Source of the DNA: Methanobacteriota archaeon
Lineage (GTDB): Archaea > Methanobacteriota > Methanobacteria > Methanobacteriales > Methanobacteriaceae
Reading direction: 5' to 3'
Assembly (NCBI GenBank): GCA_023434825.1
Contig: JAEYSH010000038.1
Span: forward strand, 4,227 to 68,226
DNA: 64,000 nt
The position numbers and the translations under genes were made by a program. Every line of letters starts with the position of its first letter. Position 1 is the stretch's first letter. Below, in pieces: positions 1 to 11,446 of the stretch. The notes beneath the pieces were generated by a model. That model was not told the DNA's origin. It worked only from the letters and a program-made list of their open reading frames with translations, and did not search any database.

Positions 1-14
1 GATATCCAGTCCAT
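1..14 (-). CDS. 5' end of a CDS running off the window (MDWI...)
   Basis: Minus strand reads GGAGGT-taataa-ATG GAC TGG ATA; only 4 codons visible. Confidence 0.5.
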
Positions 15-482
15 TTATTAACCTCCATATAAAATTCAGTTTTACAAATTTTATTAAAGGTATTATGTGTATACTGCCTATTAAATATGAAGTTAATTTA
101 TTAAAAAAACGGATGATTAGGCTTGTTTTTAGTTAATATTAGCCCACATAAAATTAAGGTTCAATAGTTTACTGAATTAATAAAAAAAATTTTATTCAAG
201 TATGAATTAAAATAATAGAAAATAGAGTTAATAGTCTTAAATAAATTGTAAATGTTTTTATAATGAAGAAAATTTATATTATTCTTGAATTTAGGCAAAA
301 ATAAAGTCAATTTCAGTTAATAAAAGACTTCTAATTTATAGATTTAAAATAGCTAATATATGCAAAAAAAATAAAAAATAGATTTAATGTATAAATCAAA
401 TGCTTGGATAACTTCCAAGGGGAGTATAAAAATTTAAGAAATATGAATAAATTCGTAAACTTAAATTTAATTTAAAACAAAC

Positions 483-743
483 TTATTCAACAATTTCTTC
501 AGTTTCGCCTTCAACTATGTCAGCAAATCCAAAGTTCCTTCTTGTTGAATTAATTTTAATTTTAACTTCATCTCCGAGCTTGGCGCCTGAAACGAATACT
601 ACGTATCCTTCGATTCTTGCGATTCCGTCGCCATCTCTTCCTACATCTTCAATTTTAACATCGTATTCTTCGCCTACGTTGATAGGTGAAGAAGGTCCTC
701 TATTATCTGAGAAATTATCTCTACCATAATTATTTCTAAACAA
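483..743 (-). CDS. TRAM-domain RNA-binding protein (archaeal cold-shock-like)
   Basis: PINVGEEYDVKIEDVGRDGDGIARIEGYVVFV...GDEVKIKI...FGFA; likely TTG start at 743 after GGATGTGA. Confidence 0.9.
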   Translation of the reverse strand: MFRNNYGRDNFSDNRGPSSPINVGEEYDVKIEDVGRDGDGIARIEGYVVFVSGAKLGDEVKIKINSTRRNFGFADIVEGETEEIVE

Positions 744-873
744 TTCATCACATCCTAATAAGCCAGACAACTGGCTTATCATAGTCTTTATTTTGAAGAC
801 ATATAAAGGTATGTTTTTTACAAAATTTCAAATTTGATCATTTTTTATAAAATTAAACACATAAACTAATGAT

Positions 874-1356
874 ATGATTGGAATAATGTCAGATTCACAT
901 GACAATTTAGATGCCATAAAAAAGGCAGTTAAAGCATTTAATGATGCAGAAGTAAATCTTGTGATACATGCCGGAGATATGATATCTCCATTCACTTCTA
1001 AAGAAATTAAAAAGTTGAATTGTGACTTTAAAGCTGTTTTTGGAAATAATGACGGGGAAAGAGATGGTTTAAGGGTTTTCTTTAAAGGTATATGCTATCA
1101 AGATGACTTTCAAGAACTTGAAATAGAGGGAAAGAAATATGCAGTAATTCACGGCACTAATGAAGATGTTGTAGATGCACTAGTAAAAAGCGAGAAATAT
1201 GATGTAGTTATAAGAGGGCATACTCATAAATTAGAAGTAAAAGAAGGAAAATGTATGATGGTTAATCCTGGAGAAACCTGCGGATACTTATCAGGCAAAC
1301 AAACTGTAATATTATTAAATCCCAATGATTTAAGCTACCAAACAATTTTTCTTTAA
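874..1356 (+). CDS. Metallophosphoesterase, YfcE/MJ0936 family
   Basis: SDSHDN, HAGD, GNND, HG, GHTH, NPGE motifs. Confidence 0.92.
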   Translation: MIGIMSDSHDNLDAIKKAVKAFNDAEVNLVIHAGDMISPFTSKEIKKLNCDFKAVFGNNDGERDGLRVFFKGICYQDDFQELEIEGKKYAVIHGTNEDVVDALVKSEKYDVVIRGHTHKLEVKEGKCMMVNPGETCGYLSGKQTVILLNPNDLSYQTIFL

Positions 1357-1391
1357 TGATTGATAATGTTTTAATAAGGTTAGGCGTCTAA

Positions 1392-2408
1392 ATGAAATAT
1401 AAACCATTCATTCTTTTAATAATTGGAATTGGAATTCTAATTGGCATGATATTATTTATCGGGCCTGGAAATATAGAAGAAGCCATTAAACTCGCCAACC
1501 CATGGTTCGTTATCCTTGCAGTTATTATACAATTTATTGTTTATGGATTGTGGACATGGAGATGGTCCATAAATATTAAATCAGTAGGCCTTTCTGTTAA
1601 AAAGATACATGTTTTTCCCATGCTCATGGTTGGATTAGCCATCAATAACCTGACTCCAAGTGCAAGAGGCGGTGGAGAACCCATAAGAGGGTATATTTTA
1701 AGTAAATATTCCAATTCTACATTTGAAAAATCATTTGCAACAGTTATTGCAGATAGAGGGCTTGATACATTTCCATTCATTGTTTTAGCAGTCATAACCA
1801 TAGTTGCAGCAATTTTTTATCTGAATTTACCAGATTATGCCATTTATTCGTTGATAATTGCTGTTTCAGCATTAGTTGTTGTATTTTTTATTGCGCTTTA
1901 TATGTCTTTTAACCTTGAATTTGGGCGCAAAGTTTCTTTATGGCTAGTAAAAATAATTAAAAGGTTTTCTAAAAAAGATCAAAGTAAATTAGAAGAAAAT
2001 GCATTAAAAGCAATTCATGGTTTTCAAAAAAGCATGCGTACCATGGTAAAAGATAGAAAAGTACTGTTCCAGGGCCTTCCAATTTCATTTGCAATCTGGA
2101 TTTTGGAAATAATAAGAGTATATATAATATTTTCGGCATTTAACGTTGACGTGTCTCTTTTAGTAATTGCAGAAGTCTTTATAATATCCACCTTAATTGG
2201 GCTTGTTCCACTTCTTCCCGGAGGTTTAGGAGCTGTTGATGGAATAATGATAGTTCTATTTTCAGCAGCAGGAGTTCCACCCTCAATAAGCGCAGCTGCA
2301 ACAATTGTAGAAAGGCTAATATCATTCTGGATGACTTCAATTATAGGCATAGCGCTTCTACCATACTTTGGAACTAGTGTAGTTGAAAGGATTACTAAAG
2401 ATACTTAG
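1392..2408 (+). CDS. UPF0104 / lysylphosphatidylglycerol synthase TM (flippase-like) membrane protein
   Basis: Multi-TM; NNLTPSARGGGEP and PLLPGGLG motifs. Confidence 0.85.
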   Translation: MKYKPFILLIIGIGILIGMILFIGPGNIEEAIKLANPWFVILAVIIQFIVYGLWTWRWSINIKSVGLSVKKIHVFPMLMVGLAINNLTPSARGGGEPIRGYILSKYSNSTFEKSFATVIADRGLDTFPFIVLAVITIVAAIFYLNLPDYAIYSLIIAVSALVVVFFIALYMSFNLEFGRKVSLWLVKIIKRFSKKDQSKLEENALKAIHGFQKSMRTMVKDRKVLFQGLPISFAIWILEIIRVYIIFSAFNVDVSLLVIAEVFIISTLIGLVPLLPGGLGAVDGIMIVLFSAAGVPPSISAAATIVERLISFWMTSIIGIALLPYFGTSVVERITKDT

Positions 2409-2512
2409 CAAAGTGAAATTAATTTCTAATTTTTTATTAATAAATTACTTTTACAAAAATTAAATAGAAAAGTATATACTATTTCCAAATCTACCATCAA
2501 ACGGTGATAATC

Positions 2513-3406
2513 ATGGAATTAAACGGTGTAGAAATAGAAGATACATTTGCAGAAGCATTCGGTATACAGGTTTCAAGAATTCTTGTAACTGCAGCAACCA
2601 AAAAACTAGCAAAAATAGCAGCAACTGAAGCAACAGGTTACGGAACTTCAGTTATAGGTTGTCCTGCAGAAGCAGGTATTGATAGTTATGTTCCTCCAGA
2701 AGAAACTCCTGACGGAAGGCCAGGTTACATAATAATGATCTGCAATATGTCCAAGAAAAAGCTTGATCATGAATTATTAGAACGTGTGGGTATGTGTGTC
2801 CTCACTGCTGCTACAACTGCAGCTTTTGATGCTCTCGATGATGAAGAAGAGAAATTAAATGTTGGATTTAAATTAAAATTCTTCGGTGACGGTTTTGAAA
2901 AAGAATTAGACATCGACGGAAGAACTGTTTACTCCATCCCAATTATGTCCGGTGACTTTTTAGTTGAAGGAGAATTTGGTATTAAATCAGGAGTAGCCGG
3001 TGGAAACTTCTTTATAATGGGTGACAGCCAATCCTCAGCATTAATTGCTGCTGAAGCTGCTGTTGACGCTATCGATGCTATTGAAGGAGCTATAACACCA
3101 TTCCCTGGCGGAGTAGTTGCATCTGGTTCAAAGGTTGGATCAAACAAGTACAAATTCTTAGGTGCATCCACCAATGAAAAAATGTGTGTAACACTTAAAG
3201 ATGAAGTTGAAGACAGTGACATTCCTGCAGACGTAAATGGTGTTTACGAAATCGTTATTGACGGTATAAATGAAGAAGTCGTTAAAGAAGCAATGAAAGT
3301 AGGAATTGAAGCAGCTGTTAAAGTTCCAGGTGTTTTAAAAATAAGCGCTGGAAACTTCGGCGGAAACCTTGGTGCATATAAAATAAATCTCCACGATCTA
3401 TTTTAA
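2513..3406 (+). CDS. ftr: Formylmethanofuran:tetrahydromethanopterin formyltransferase
   Basis: [61 protein letters not shown] before ATG 2513. Confidence 0.98.
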   Translation: MELNGVEIEDTFAEAFGIQVSRILVTAATKKLAKIAATEATGYGTSVIGCPAEAGIDSYVPPEETPDGRPGYIIMICNMSKKKLDHELLERVGMCVLTAATTAAFDALDDEEEKLNVGFKLKFFGDGFEKELDIDGRTVYSIPIMSGDFLVEGEFGIKSGVAGGNFFIMGDSQSSALIAAEAAVDAIDAIEGAITPFPGGVVASGSKVGSNKYKFLGASTNEKMCVTLKDEVEDSDIPADVNGVYEIVIDGINEEVVKEAMKVGIEAAVKVPGVLKISAGNFGGNLGAYKINLHDLF

Positions 3407-3436
3407 ACTTTAAAGTGCTTTAAATTTTTTAGAATA

Positions 3437-3476
3437 CTGTAAAATCTATTTTACAGGATTTTTTATTTTTATTTTT
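3437..3476 (+). terminator. Probable terminator after ftr
   Basis: CTGTAAAAT-ct-ATTTTACAG hairpin followed by T-tracts. Confidence 0.45.
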
Positions 3477-3664
3477 ACCTTTATTTAGTTTTCTGGATTA
3501 AAAACCTGCAAAAATAGTTTATTTTAGTTAAATCTATTATTTTTAACAATTTTATTAAATTGAAATAATTAAAATCAAAATTTATAAATAAGTTAATACC
3601 AATTATATTCAATTTGTAAATATATATCTTTGAATTACTCTATAACTTTTTATGAAGGGATTCA

Positions 3665-4393
3665 ATGGCCTATCTGGTATGCGATAAGTGTAAGGGATAT
3701 TACAAACTTCAAATTGGAGAATCTATACTTGATTTTGAAGAATGTGAATGTGGCGGTGATTTAAGGCAAGTAGACACCTTAGACATCCCATTTAATAAAC
3801 AGAGAGTTAAAACTATAATTGAAACATTTAAAAACAATTATGAGTCTTCAAATGAAGAATCCCAATATAAAAATGGAACTCCCAAACTTAGCATTAGTGT
3901 CGATTATGCAGATGGCATAAATAGGCTATTTAAAGATGATAAATCCTCAAATAAACCTTCTAATTCTAAAATACGAAAATCTGCCTTAAAAGAAGTCGCA
4001 TTAATTTCAGAACTCTACAATTTTGATTATATAGATCCAATTAATAGCGAAACAACATTGGAAATTATCGAAATAATTGCAGAGAACGTTTACAACGGCA
4101 AAGGAATAATTGATGCTGCTAATGAAATAACTTCCAGAACATCTCTAGAATACGATGATGCATTACACATAAGCCATAATGAAATAAGTAGAATAAAAAA
4201 CCTTGCAAACTGGTATGTTCACAAAGGTCATGGATACAATTATTTTAAAATATCCAAACCACTTAATGCATGTGAAAAATGCAAAAAAACCTATGATAAT
4301 ATAATATTTACCATGGAACAGGTTGAAATGTTGCCTCCGCTTCATGATCTATGCAAATGTAATACTATTTTTTTAAAAAATAAAATAAAATAA
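3665..4393 (+). CDS. N-terminal Zn-ribbon protein with C-terminal phage MuF/SPP1 gp7-like domain
   Basis: N-term CDKC...CECG; C-term [11 protein letters not shown]...CEKC...[10 protein letters not shown] resembles MuF (RTE..R...C..C...PP.HPNCRC). Confidence 0.65.
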   Translation: MAYLVCDKCKGYYKLQIGESILDFEECECGGDLRQVDTLDIPFNKQRVKTIIETFKNNYESSNEESQYKNGTPKLSISVDYADGINRLFKDDKSSNKPSNSKIRKSALKEVALISELYNFDYIDPINSETTLEIIEIIAENVYNGKGIIDAANEITSRTSLEYDDALHISHNEISRIKNLANWYVHKGHGYNYFKISKPLNACEKCKKTYDNIIFTMEQVEMLPPLHDLCKCNTIFLKNKIK

Positions 4394-4395
4394 AA

Positions 4396-4575
4396 TTAAT
4401 CTTTAAAAATATATCCGCATTCTGAACAACGGTATTTGCCCTCTTTAGACCTAAAGCCTGTAGAAGATTTATGTTGAGGTCCCCCAACAACTCCAACTGT
4501 TCCAGAATCCTTTAAAATATTTTTATCTTTACATCCACATTTAGGGCATTTTTTGTTTAATTCTTCTGATTTCAT
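4396..4575 (-). CDS. Small Cys-rich methanogen peptide (TIGR04165-like), 59 aa; absent from ORF track
   Basis: GAGGT RBS; MKSEELNKKCPKCGCKDK...YRCSECGYIFKD with two CxxCG motifs. Confidence 0.8.
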   Translation of the reverse strand: MKSEELNKKCPKCGCKDKNILKDSGTVGVVGGPQHKSSTGFRSKEGKYRCSECGYIFKD

Positions 4576-4598
4576 TTTATTACCTCATTCTTCATTAA

Positions 4599-6524
4599 TT
4601 AAAAATTTTGAGATTCTACAATTTTCCATATTTGCTCTTCAGGCAAATTAACTCCTAAAAGAATACCTTCTTTATCCAAAGCCTTTTCAATTTTCTTAAT
4701 GATTTTAACATCAGGTGCAGCGACTGTATGTGAATGGATATGTCTTGATATTTCATATAGTGCCTCAACTGACCGTTTTGCATCTGGCTTTTTAAGCTCA
4801 TCTTCACAGTTTTTAACGTCTTCTTCTGTATTAATATACAAATTTCTAGTTACGATCTGTTTAACACCAGGCAGATAATGCTTTGAATCTAGAATTCTAC
4901 CCCCATACTTAATTATTATTCTTTTATCATCAAGATTTGTAACTTCATGTTTCAAAAGAAGTTCAACGACCCTTCCATATTCATTAATTTTATTCTTTAT
5001 TTCTTCTTGAGTTAAATTAACACCCAATAAAAACCCTTTTTCTTTTAATTCCTTTTCTACTTTAGAAAGACTTTTAGTATCTGGACCCGAAACAACATGT
5101 GAATGAATTCCTCCCCCAGAAAGAGCATATAATCTTTCTAATGATTCCATTTTGGAATTATCATGTTCAAGGCTTTCTAAAAATTTGTCCATATCTTCAA
5201 TTCTAGATAAACCTACTTTACGATGCAAAGGTTCTCTAAATCCGGGTAAATAATATTCTATATCCTCTAAAGTACATCCATGTTTTAAAATTATCTCTGA
5301 TTCAGCGCGTATATCTCTTACAGCATGATTTTCAGTTATTCTCATTTCGGGTTTAATAACTACTTCAACTAATCGCCCATATTTCCTTGCTGCTTCTTTT
5401 ATTCCTTCTTCATCCATATCAACGCCTAAAAGAAGGCCTTCTTTTTTAAGTTCTTCTGCAACTTTATTTAAAGTCTCTTTATCTGGCCCTGAAATCCAAT
5501 GCGAATGTATTCCACTAACAGATTCATATATCCGCTCTAACGACTTTTTTCGTGAAGGTTCACGTTCCAAGCTATCCATGAATTTGTTTAATTCACTCAT
5601 TTGTGTTATTCCAATTTTCCTTTCAAGGGGCTCTTTAAATTCTGGTAGATGATATTCTATGTTTTCTAGAGTACAACCATGTTTAAGTATTATTTCTGCC
5701 TCTTTTTTAATTTTAGAGACATCATGCATCATAGTTAACTTCATAATAGTTGGTTCTACAGCTGCAAAGTATATATCTTCTCCACCACTTGTTTCAGGAG
5801 ATATAACTCGATCTGCTCCTGATCTTTTAAGACGTTTGATATTTTCACGTTTACTTGCCCTTGCTACAATCCATATTTCTGGATGAATTTCACGAGCAGT
5901 TAAAGTTATAAATAAATTATCCACATCATCCCCGGTTGTTATTATAACTCCTCTTGCCCGTTTTATACCAGCATCAATTAGTGTGCTTTCCTCTGTTGCA
6001 TCACCAGGAATGGCCAGTACATCAGAGTCTTTCCATAGCTCCTTTTCTACGATTTTTTTATCTCTTTCAATAATTATTGCCTTTTGATTCCTTTTTTTAA
6101 GTTCTCTAAAAACCGCTGCTCCTACCCTACCATATCCACAAAGTACAAAATGATTTTTTGTTGCAGCCATTTTTCTCCTCATCTTAGATCCAGAAGTTAT
6201 TTCTTCTATAGCCATCGTAACCACCGAAATTGTTATAGTAAATACATAAGCAACTAAACCAACCCCACCTAGTACAAGAGTAACAGCAAAAAGCTTTTGT
6301 AATGGAGTAGTTGGACTAATATCACCGTATCCAACAGTTGCTATAGTTATAACAGTATAATAAAGTGAATCAATTAATCCTAAATTCATTATAAATAAAG
6401 ACCCAATAATTCCATAAATAAGTAAGGCTATTAAAGCAATGAGAGCATAAATAAGTATAGAATAAGAAATTATCGGCATACCATCCGTTTTTATTTCTGG
6501 AAGCTTAAGTCCTCTTGCCACCAA
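4599..6524 (-). CDS. Two-TM potassium channel with RCK/TrkA-N domain and three tandem 3H-like domains
   Basis: TIATVGYGD filter; CGYGRVG Rossmann motif; three ~125-aa repeats ending IHSH...L.K.G.LLG. Confidence 0.85.
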   Translation of the reverse strand: MVARGLKLPEIKTDGMPIISYSILIYALIALIALLIYGIIGSLFIMNLGLIDSLYYTVITIATVGYGDISPTTPLQKLFAVTLVLGGVGLVAYVFTITISVVTMAIEEITSGSKMRRKMAATKNHFVLCGYGRVGAAVFRELKKRNQKAIIIERDKKIVEKELWKDSDVLAIPGDATEESTLIDAGIKRARGVIITTGDDVDNLFITLTAREIHPEIWIVARASKRENIKRLKRSGADRVISPETSGGEDIYFAAVEPTIMKLTMMHDVSKIKKEAEIILKHGCTLENIEYHLPEFKEPLERKIGITQMSELNKFMDSLEREPSRKKSLERIYESVSGIHSHWISGPDKETLNKVAEELKKEGLLLGVDMDEEGIKEAARKYGRLVEVVIKPEMRITENHAVRDIRAESEIILKHGCTLEDIEYYLPGFREPLHRKVGLSRIEDMDKFLESLEHDNSKMESLERLYALSGGGIHSHVVSGPDTKSLSKVEKELKEKGFLLGVNLTQEEIKNKINEYGRVVELLLKHEVTNLDDKRIIIKYGGRILDSKHYLPGVKQIVTRNLYINTEEDVKNCEDELKKPDAKRSVEALYEISRHIHSHTVAAPDVKIIKKIEKALDKEGILLGVNLPEEQIWKIVESQNF

Positions 6525-6617
6525 ATCACCTTAAAATAATATAAATTTTATAGAATTCATAGTATTATTAAATAATTGGTTTAATAGATTATAAATATAG
6601 TTATAAAAAGTGATAAA

Positions 6618-8087
6618 ATGACCCCTAAAGACATGATGGTTGCTGATGCAAATGCAGAAGATTTAGGAATTCTAAAATCAGCTTTGATGGAAAATGCAGG
6701 TAAATCAATTGCTGATCATATAATTAACTCATTAGACCCATGTAAAGTAACTATATTTGCAGGAAATGGTGGAAATGGTGGTGATGGATTCGTCGCTGCA
6801 AGACATCTGTTAAATAATGGATATAATGTCGAAGTATTATTTTTAGGTAATCCAAATAGGATAAAATCTAAAGAAACTCTTCAAAACTGGATTGCAATCC
6901 AAAATATAAACACTGGATTAAATAAACTTAATTTAAAAATAATTGAAGATTCAGCAGCTCTTAAAAAGGTTGATTCAACAGTTATTATCGATGCAATGCT
7001 TGGAACTGGAATTAAAGGAAAAATTAAAGAGCCAATTTCAAGCGCAATTGATACAATAAATAACTCCACTGGCATTAAAATTGCAGTTGATGTGCCCAGC
7101 GGACTGGATCCTTTGACCGGTGAAGTTCATGATAAAGCTGTAGAATCTGATTTCACCATCACATTCCATAAAATTAAGTCTGGACTTAAAAAAGCAGAAA
7201 TAAATTACGTCGGAAATATTGTTCTATATGATATAGGAATTCCCGAGGAAGCAGAAACTTTTTTAGGAAAAGGAGATTTATTACGTCTTAAAAAACGTGC
7301 CTTTACATCCCATAAAGGAAATAATGGCACTGTACTTGTTGTTGGTGGAAGTTACGACTACTCCGGAGCGCCTACACTTGCCGGGTTATCTGCATTTAAA
7401 TCAGGAGTAGATTTAGTTTATGTGGCCTGTCCTGAAAGTGTTTCAGCGACTATCAGATCATATTCTCCCGATTTAATAGTAAACACACTTTATCACGATT
7501 ATATTGTGGAAGAAGATGTGAATAAACTAATTGAACTATCAAAAAAAGCCGATTCACTGGTAATTGGTTGTGGAATGAGTAGAGAAACAGAGACAGAATT
7601 AGCTTTAAATGAATTTGTCGAGGAAATTGAAACCCCAATGTTAATTGATGCTGATGCACTTAAATTGCTGGATTTAGATTTGATTAAGGAAAAAAACCAG
7701 GTTATCGTAACACCCCATTCTGCAGAATTTAAGGCATTGTTCGGTGTTAAAATACCTGAAAGTCTTGAAGATAAAATTGAAACTGTTACTCAAGCAGCTC
7801 ATGAAAATAACTGCGTTGTTCTTTTAAAAGGAGCTTTAGATATAATATCCAATGGGCAAAAAACAAGGCTAAATAAAACTGGAAATCCCGGAATGACAGT
7901 TGGTGGAACTGGAGATTGTCTTGCAGGACTTACTGGTGGATTATTGGCTAAAGGACATGATGCATTTGAAGCAGCCTGTCTTGGAGCTTATATTAATGGC
8001 AAAGCTGGAGATATGGCTTCTGTAAAATATGAATATCATTTTATGGCCAGCGATATGGTTAAATATATTGATGATGCCTTTAGATAG
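6618..8087 (+). CDS. nnr: Bifunctional NAD(P)HX epimerase/dehydratase
   Basis: LMENAG, GNGGNGGDG, AVDVPSG, SHKGNNG, TPHSAEF, GGTGDCLAG. Confidence 0.95.
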   Translation: MTPKDMMVADANAEDLGILKSALMENAGKSIADHIINSLDPCKVTIFAGNGGNGGDGFVAARHLLNNGYNVEVLFLGNPNRIKSKETLQNWIAIQNINTGLNKLNLKIIEDSAALKKVDSTVIIDAMLGTGIKGKIKEPISSAIDTINNSTGIKIAVDVPSGLDPLTGEVHDKAVESDFTITFHKIKSGLKKAEINYVGNIVLYDIGIPEEAETFLGKGDLLRLKKRAFTSHKGNNGTVLVVGGSYDYSGAPTLAGLSAFKSGVDLVYVACPESVSATIRSYSPDLIVNTLYHDYIVEEDVNKLIELSKKADSLVIGCGMSRETETELALNEFVEEIETPMLIDADALKLLDLDLIKEKNQVIVTPHSAEFKALFGVKIPESLEDKIETVTQAAHENNCVVLLKGALDIISNGQKTRLNKTGNPGMTVGGTGDCLAGLTGGLLAKGHDAFEAACLGAYINGKAGDMASVKYEYHFMASDMVKYIDDAFR

Positions 8088-8343
8088 CTAAATTAATTCC
8101 TAAAAACTGTAATATTAATAAAAGTATAACTCCAAAAACTCCCCCAATTCCCGCGACTAAAACAGTTAATATATTTATGGGAATATTTACAGTTGGAACC
8201 AAATTTACAAGTACCAAGATAATCCAACCAAAAATAGCATGAACCAGTAATTTTAAAAGCAAACCACCTATTTTTATTAGAATAAAAATCCCAATTATTG
8301 CAATAATCACAATTACAGCTAAACTAATCAAATCTAAAACCAT
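8080..8343 (-). CDS. BofA-family small membrane protein
   Basis: Hydrophobic 87 aa; IPINILTVLVAGIGGVFGV motif. Confidence 0.75.
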   Translation of the reverse strand: MVLDLISLAVIVIIAIIGIFILIKIGGLLLKLLVHAIFGWIILVLVNLVPTVNIPINILTVLVAGIGGVFGVILLLILQFLGINLAI

Positions 8344-8448
8344 AGTATCACTGTTTAAATTTATGTTTAAACTGTTTAATGTTTTTTGTGAATTAAAAAA
8401 AAGATAAAATGCATTAAATAATTAGTTTAAAACAAAGAATTAGGGATA

Positions 8449-9630
8449 TTAATCCCTTTTACATACTTTATTGAATGTTGCAGCTTGAATACCGTAATTT
8501 TTAACCATTCCAGTCATTTCACGCTGATCCATTCCTTTATCTTCAAATGAAACTGTTTCTTCATTATAAAGACTGTAAGGAGATTCTCTACCAAGTATTC
8601 TAAGATTTCCTTTATGTAATTTTACTTTAACAGTTCCAGTTACTCTTTTTTGCATATTATCAATAAGAGCATCAAGGTCTTCTCTTAAAGGTTCATGCCA
8701 TAGTCCATCATATATAATCTCAGAATAAACTTCACTAACGTGTGCTGCAAATTTAAGCTCGCTTCTGGTTAATGTAAGCTGTTCAAGTGCTTTATGGGCA
8801 GTTATTAGTAGAATCGCTCCAGGTACTTCATAATTTTCCCTTGATTTTAATCCAATTATCCTATCTTCAATAATATCAATTCTGCCAACACCATTTGAAC
8901 CTGCAATCTCATTACATTTTCTGATTAAACCTAGCGCACCCATTTTTTCATTATCAATTGCTACAGGGACACCGTTTTCAAACTGAATTTCAAGAACTTG
9001 AGCTTCATCAGGAGCATTTTCTGTAGATTTTGTCCATTCAAATGCTTCTTCAGGTGTTTCTACCATAGGATCTTCTAATATATCTCCTTCAATTGATCTT
9101 CCCCAGAGATTTTCATCTATACTGTACTGTTTATCAGAAGGAAGAGGAATACCATGACCTTCAGCATATTCAATTTCTTCACTTCTTGTGAGGTTTAAAT
9201 CTCTTATAGGCGCTATAACATCCATATCGGATCTGGATCTTATTATAGATTCAAATCTGAATTGATCATTACCTTTACCAGTACAACCATGAGCTATTGC
9301 ATCTGCACCTTCTTTTTTAGCAAGTTCTACTATTTTCATTGCTATTAAAGGCCTTGCAAGTGCTGTACTTAAAGGATATCCTTCATAAAGTGCGTTTGCT
9401 TTAATCGCTCTAAATATAAATTCTTCTGCAAATTCCTCTTTTGCATCAACTGTATAATGTTTTAGGGAACCTATTTTATCTGCAGCCGCTGCAGGTCTTT
9501 CTATTTCTTCTTCAGGCTGCCCCACATCAACGCATGCAGTGATAACTTCCATATCATACTTTTCTTCAAGTAGTTTAATACATACTGATGTGTCCAGGCC
9601 TCCGCTGAATGCAAGAACCACTTTCTTCAT
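8449..9630 (-). CDS. argG: Argininosuccinate synthase
   Basis: [44 protein letters not shown]. Confidence 0.98.
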   Translation of the reverse strand: MKKVVLAFSGGLDTSVCIKLLEEKYDMEVITACVDVGQPEEEIERPAAAADKIGSLKHYTVDAKEEFAEEFIFRAIKANALYEGYPLSTALARPLIAMKIVELAKKEGADAIAHGCTGKGNDQFRFESIIRSRSDMDVIAPIRDLNLTRSEEIEYAEGHGIPLPSDKQYSIDENLWGRSIEGDILEDPMVETPEEAFEWTKSTENAPDEAQVLEIQFENGVPVAIDNEKMGALGLIRKCNEIAGSNGVGRIDIIEDRIIGLKSRENYEVPGAILLITAHKALEQLTLTRSELKFAAHVSEVYSEIIYDGLWHEPLREDLDALIDNMQKRVTGTVKVKLHKGNLRILGRESPYSLYNEETVSFEDKGMDQREMTGMVKNYGIQAATFNKVCKRD

Positions 9631-9725
9631 TATTTCACCTTAATTATTTAGTAAGTCTATAAATATCTAATAAAATATAAACTATAAAATATTGGAATAT
9701 AATCAATTTATACTTGGTGGAAGAC

Positions 9726-10448
9726 ATGACTATCTCAAAAAATATAAGCATTGTGTCCCATGAAACCGGTGGTCAAATAGAAAAAAATGAAGACTTAATG
9801 AAATATTTATCAAAATGCCAAATAATTGATGAATTCATCGAAGCTTCAACTAAGGGCACTCCACTTCTAAAACTTGGTGAAGGAAAACCTAAAATAATGA
9901 TCACTGCAGGGATCCATGGAAACGAACTTCCCCCCCAAATAGCGTCTATTTATCTAATTGAAAATCTTTTAAATCAAAATTTAAACGGTACACTTTATAT
10001 TATCCCTTTTGCAGTTCCTTATGCAACAATGGAAAATTCACGTCGATTTAAAGGTATGGATATGAATAGAACTGCTTCTAAAGGTGGTTTTATATCCAAT
10101 AACATAATAGAAACCATAAAAAACCTAAATATAAGTGCAGTGAGCGATTTCCACTCCACAAAACCAGGGAGCAATCCGGGAATTCAAAGCGTTTTTTGTT
10201 CTACAAAACCAGTTAACCAGAGTTATTTAATGGCAAAACACATTACAGAAGCTACTTCATCTAAAATAATCTGTCATGAAGTAGCAGGGAAACTTTATAA
10301 TGGTGCGCTTGAAGATGAATGCAATCTGGCAGGGATACCCGCTGTAACCTGTGAAGTTGTATCCCGGAACGGGATAGTTGATAATAATAGCCATAAAAAA
10401 TCTTATATTCAAATGAAATCTTATTTAGAGTATTTTAACTTGATTTAA
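9726..10448 (+). CDS. Succinylglutamate desuccinylase/aspartoacylase family (M14-like) hydrolase
   Basis: AGIHGNE, DMNR, DFH, terminal TCE motifs. Confidence 0.85.
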   Translation: MTISKNISIVSHETGGQIEKNEDLMKYLSKCQIIDEFIEASTKGTPLLKLGEGKPKIMITAGIHGNELPPQIASIYLIENLLNQNLNGTLYIIPFAVPYATMENSRRFKGMDMNRTASKGGFISNNIIETIKNLNISAVSDFHSTKPGSNPGIQSVFCSTKPVNQSYLMAKHITEATSSKIICHEVAGKLYNGALEDECNLAGIPAVTCEVVSRNGIVDNNSHKKSYIQMKSYLEYFNLI

Positions 10449-10498
10449 ACTTATCAAATGCTCTTTATTCTAGCATATTCAGTAATTCAGTGATTAAC

Positions 10499-11176
10499 AT
10501 GCCATCCTATAAAAAACATGCTTTATTTTCCATCATAATAGCCCTACCATTTATTCCCGACGTTTTTTACCTTTCCCTTGCATTGATTGGAGCTTCTATA
10601 GTAGATATGGATCATCATGTTAAGAAAAAAAATCTAATTTTAATGAGTCTCTTGGGAATTATACTTTCCATTTTACTTTATATACTGAATTTACCCTTTT
10701 TGTTTGGAATTGCACTTATTTTTATGGCACTAATTTTCTATATATCTAAACATAGAGGATTTTCCCATTCCATATTTGGAACACTTTTATCGTCATTTCT
10801 TCTGGCATTCTTTGTAATAGGATTCTATTCATTAGTTAATGGATTTGGAATAGAAAATAAACTCTCTTTAATTTTAATATCTATAATTTTAGGTATTATT
10901 ACACTTAATAAAAAAATTCTTTTACCTTTTATCATTTTAGTGACTTTAGGAGTTATATTAACTTCAAATCAGAGTATTAACCCATATTTAACATTTTTTG
11001 GAATATTTTTAGGATATTTAAGTCATTTAATACTTGATTTATTTACTCCAAGTGGAATAAAGATTTTAAATCCACTTTCATCAAAAAAATTCAATAAATG
11101 TATGGGAATCGTTCTATTTATTTTATGGGGACTTGGAGCATTCATATTTAATTTTAAGTATATTATTTTATCTTAA
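10499..11176 (+). CDS. Membrane-bound metal-dependent hydrolase (YdjM family)
   Basis: H...DMDH, HRGFSHS, SHLILDLFTPSG motifs with TM helices. Confidence 0.85.
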   Translation: MPSYKKHALFSIIIALPFIPDVFYLSLALIGASIVDMDHHVKKKNLILMSLLGIILSILLYILNLPFLFGIALIFMALIFYISKHRGFSHSIFGTLLSSFLLAFFVIGFYSLVNGFGIENKLSLILISIILGIITLNKKILLPFIILVTLGVILTSNQSINPYLTFFGIFLGYLSHLILDLFTPSGIKILNPLSSKKFNKCMGIVLFILWGLGAFIFNFKYIILS

Positions 11177-11446
11177 ACTAGTTTAAAATAATTTTAATTA
11201 TGATTTATTAGATTTAATCCATATAAATTTAAATTTATTTTAATGTCTGAATTTAATTAATAATATTTGCATTTCGGTAATAACAAAGTTGTTAGAAGTG
11301 ATCAAAAGTAAAAAGAGGTAGGTTTATATATCATGTTTTATCATTATAATTACATGATTGATGGTTAAAATTCAAGTAGAATTAATGAATATTTTACTTT
11401 TTAGCCATGTTAATTACATCGTTTGCAACGTTAAAGAGGTTAATTC

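Noticed and set aside
30..482. AT-rich intergenic region with a CTTGGA-taact-TCCAAG hairpin (~408-424)
   Set aside because: A single short hairpin downstream of the TRAM gene; not enough to call an ncRNA or operator.
3407..4600. Prophage remnant around the MuF-like gene
   Set aside because: No other viral genes, integrase or att-like repeats are visible.
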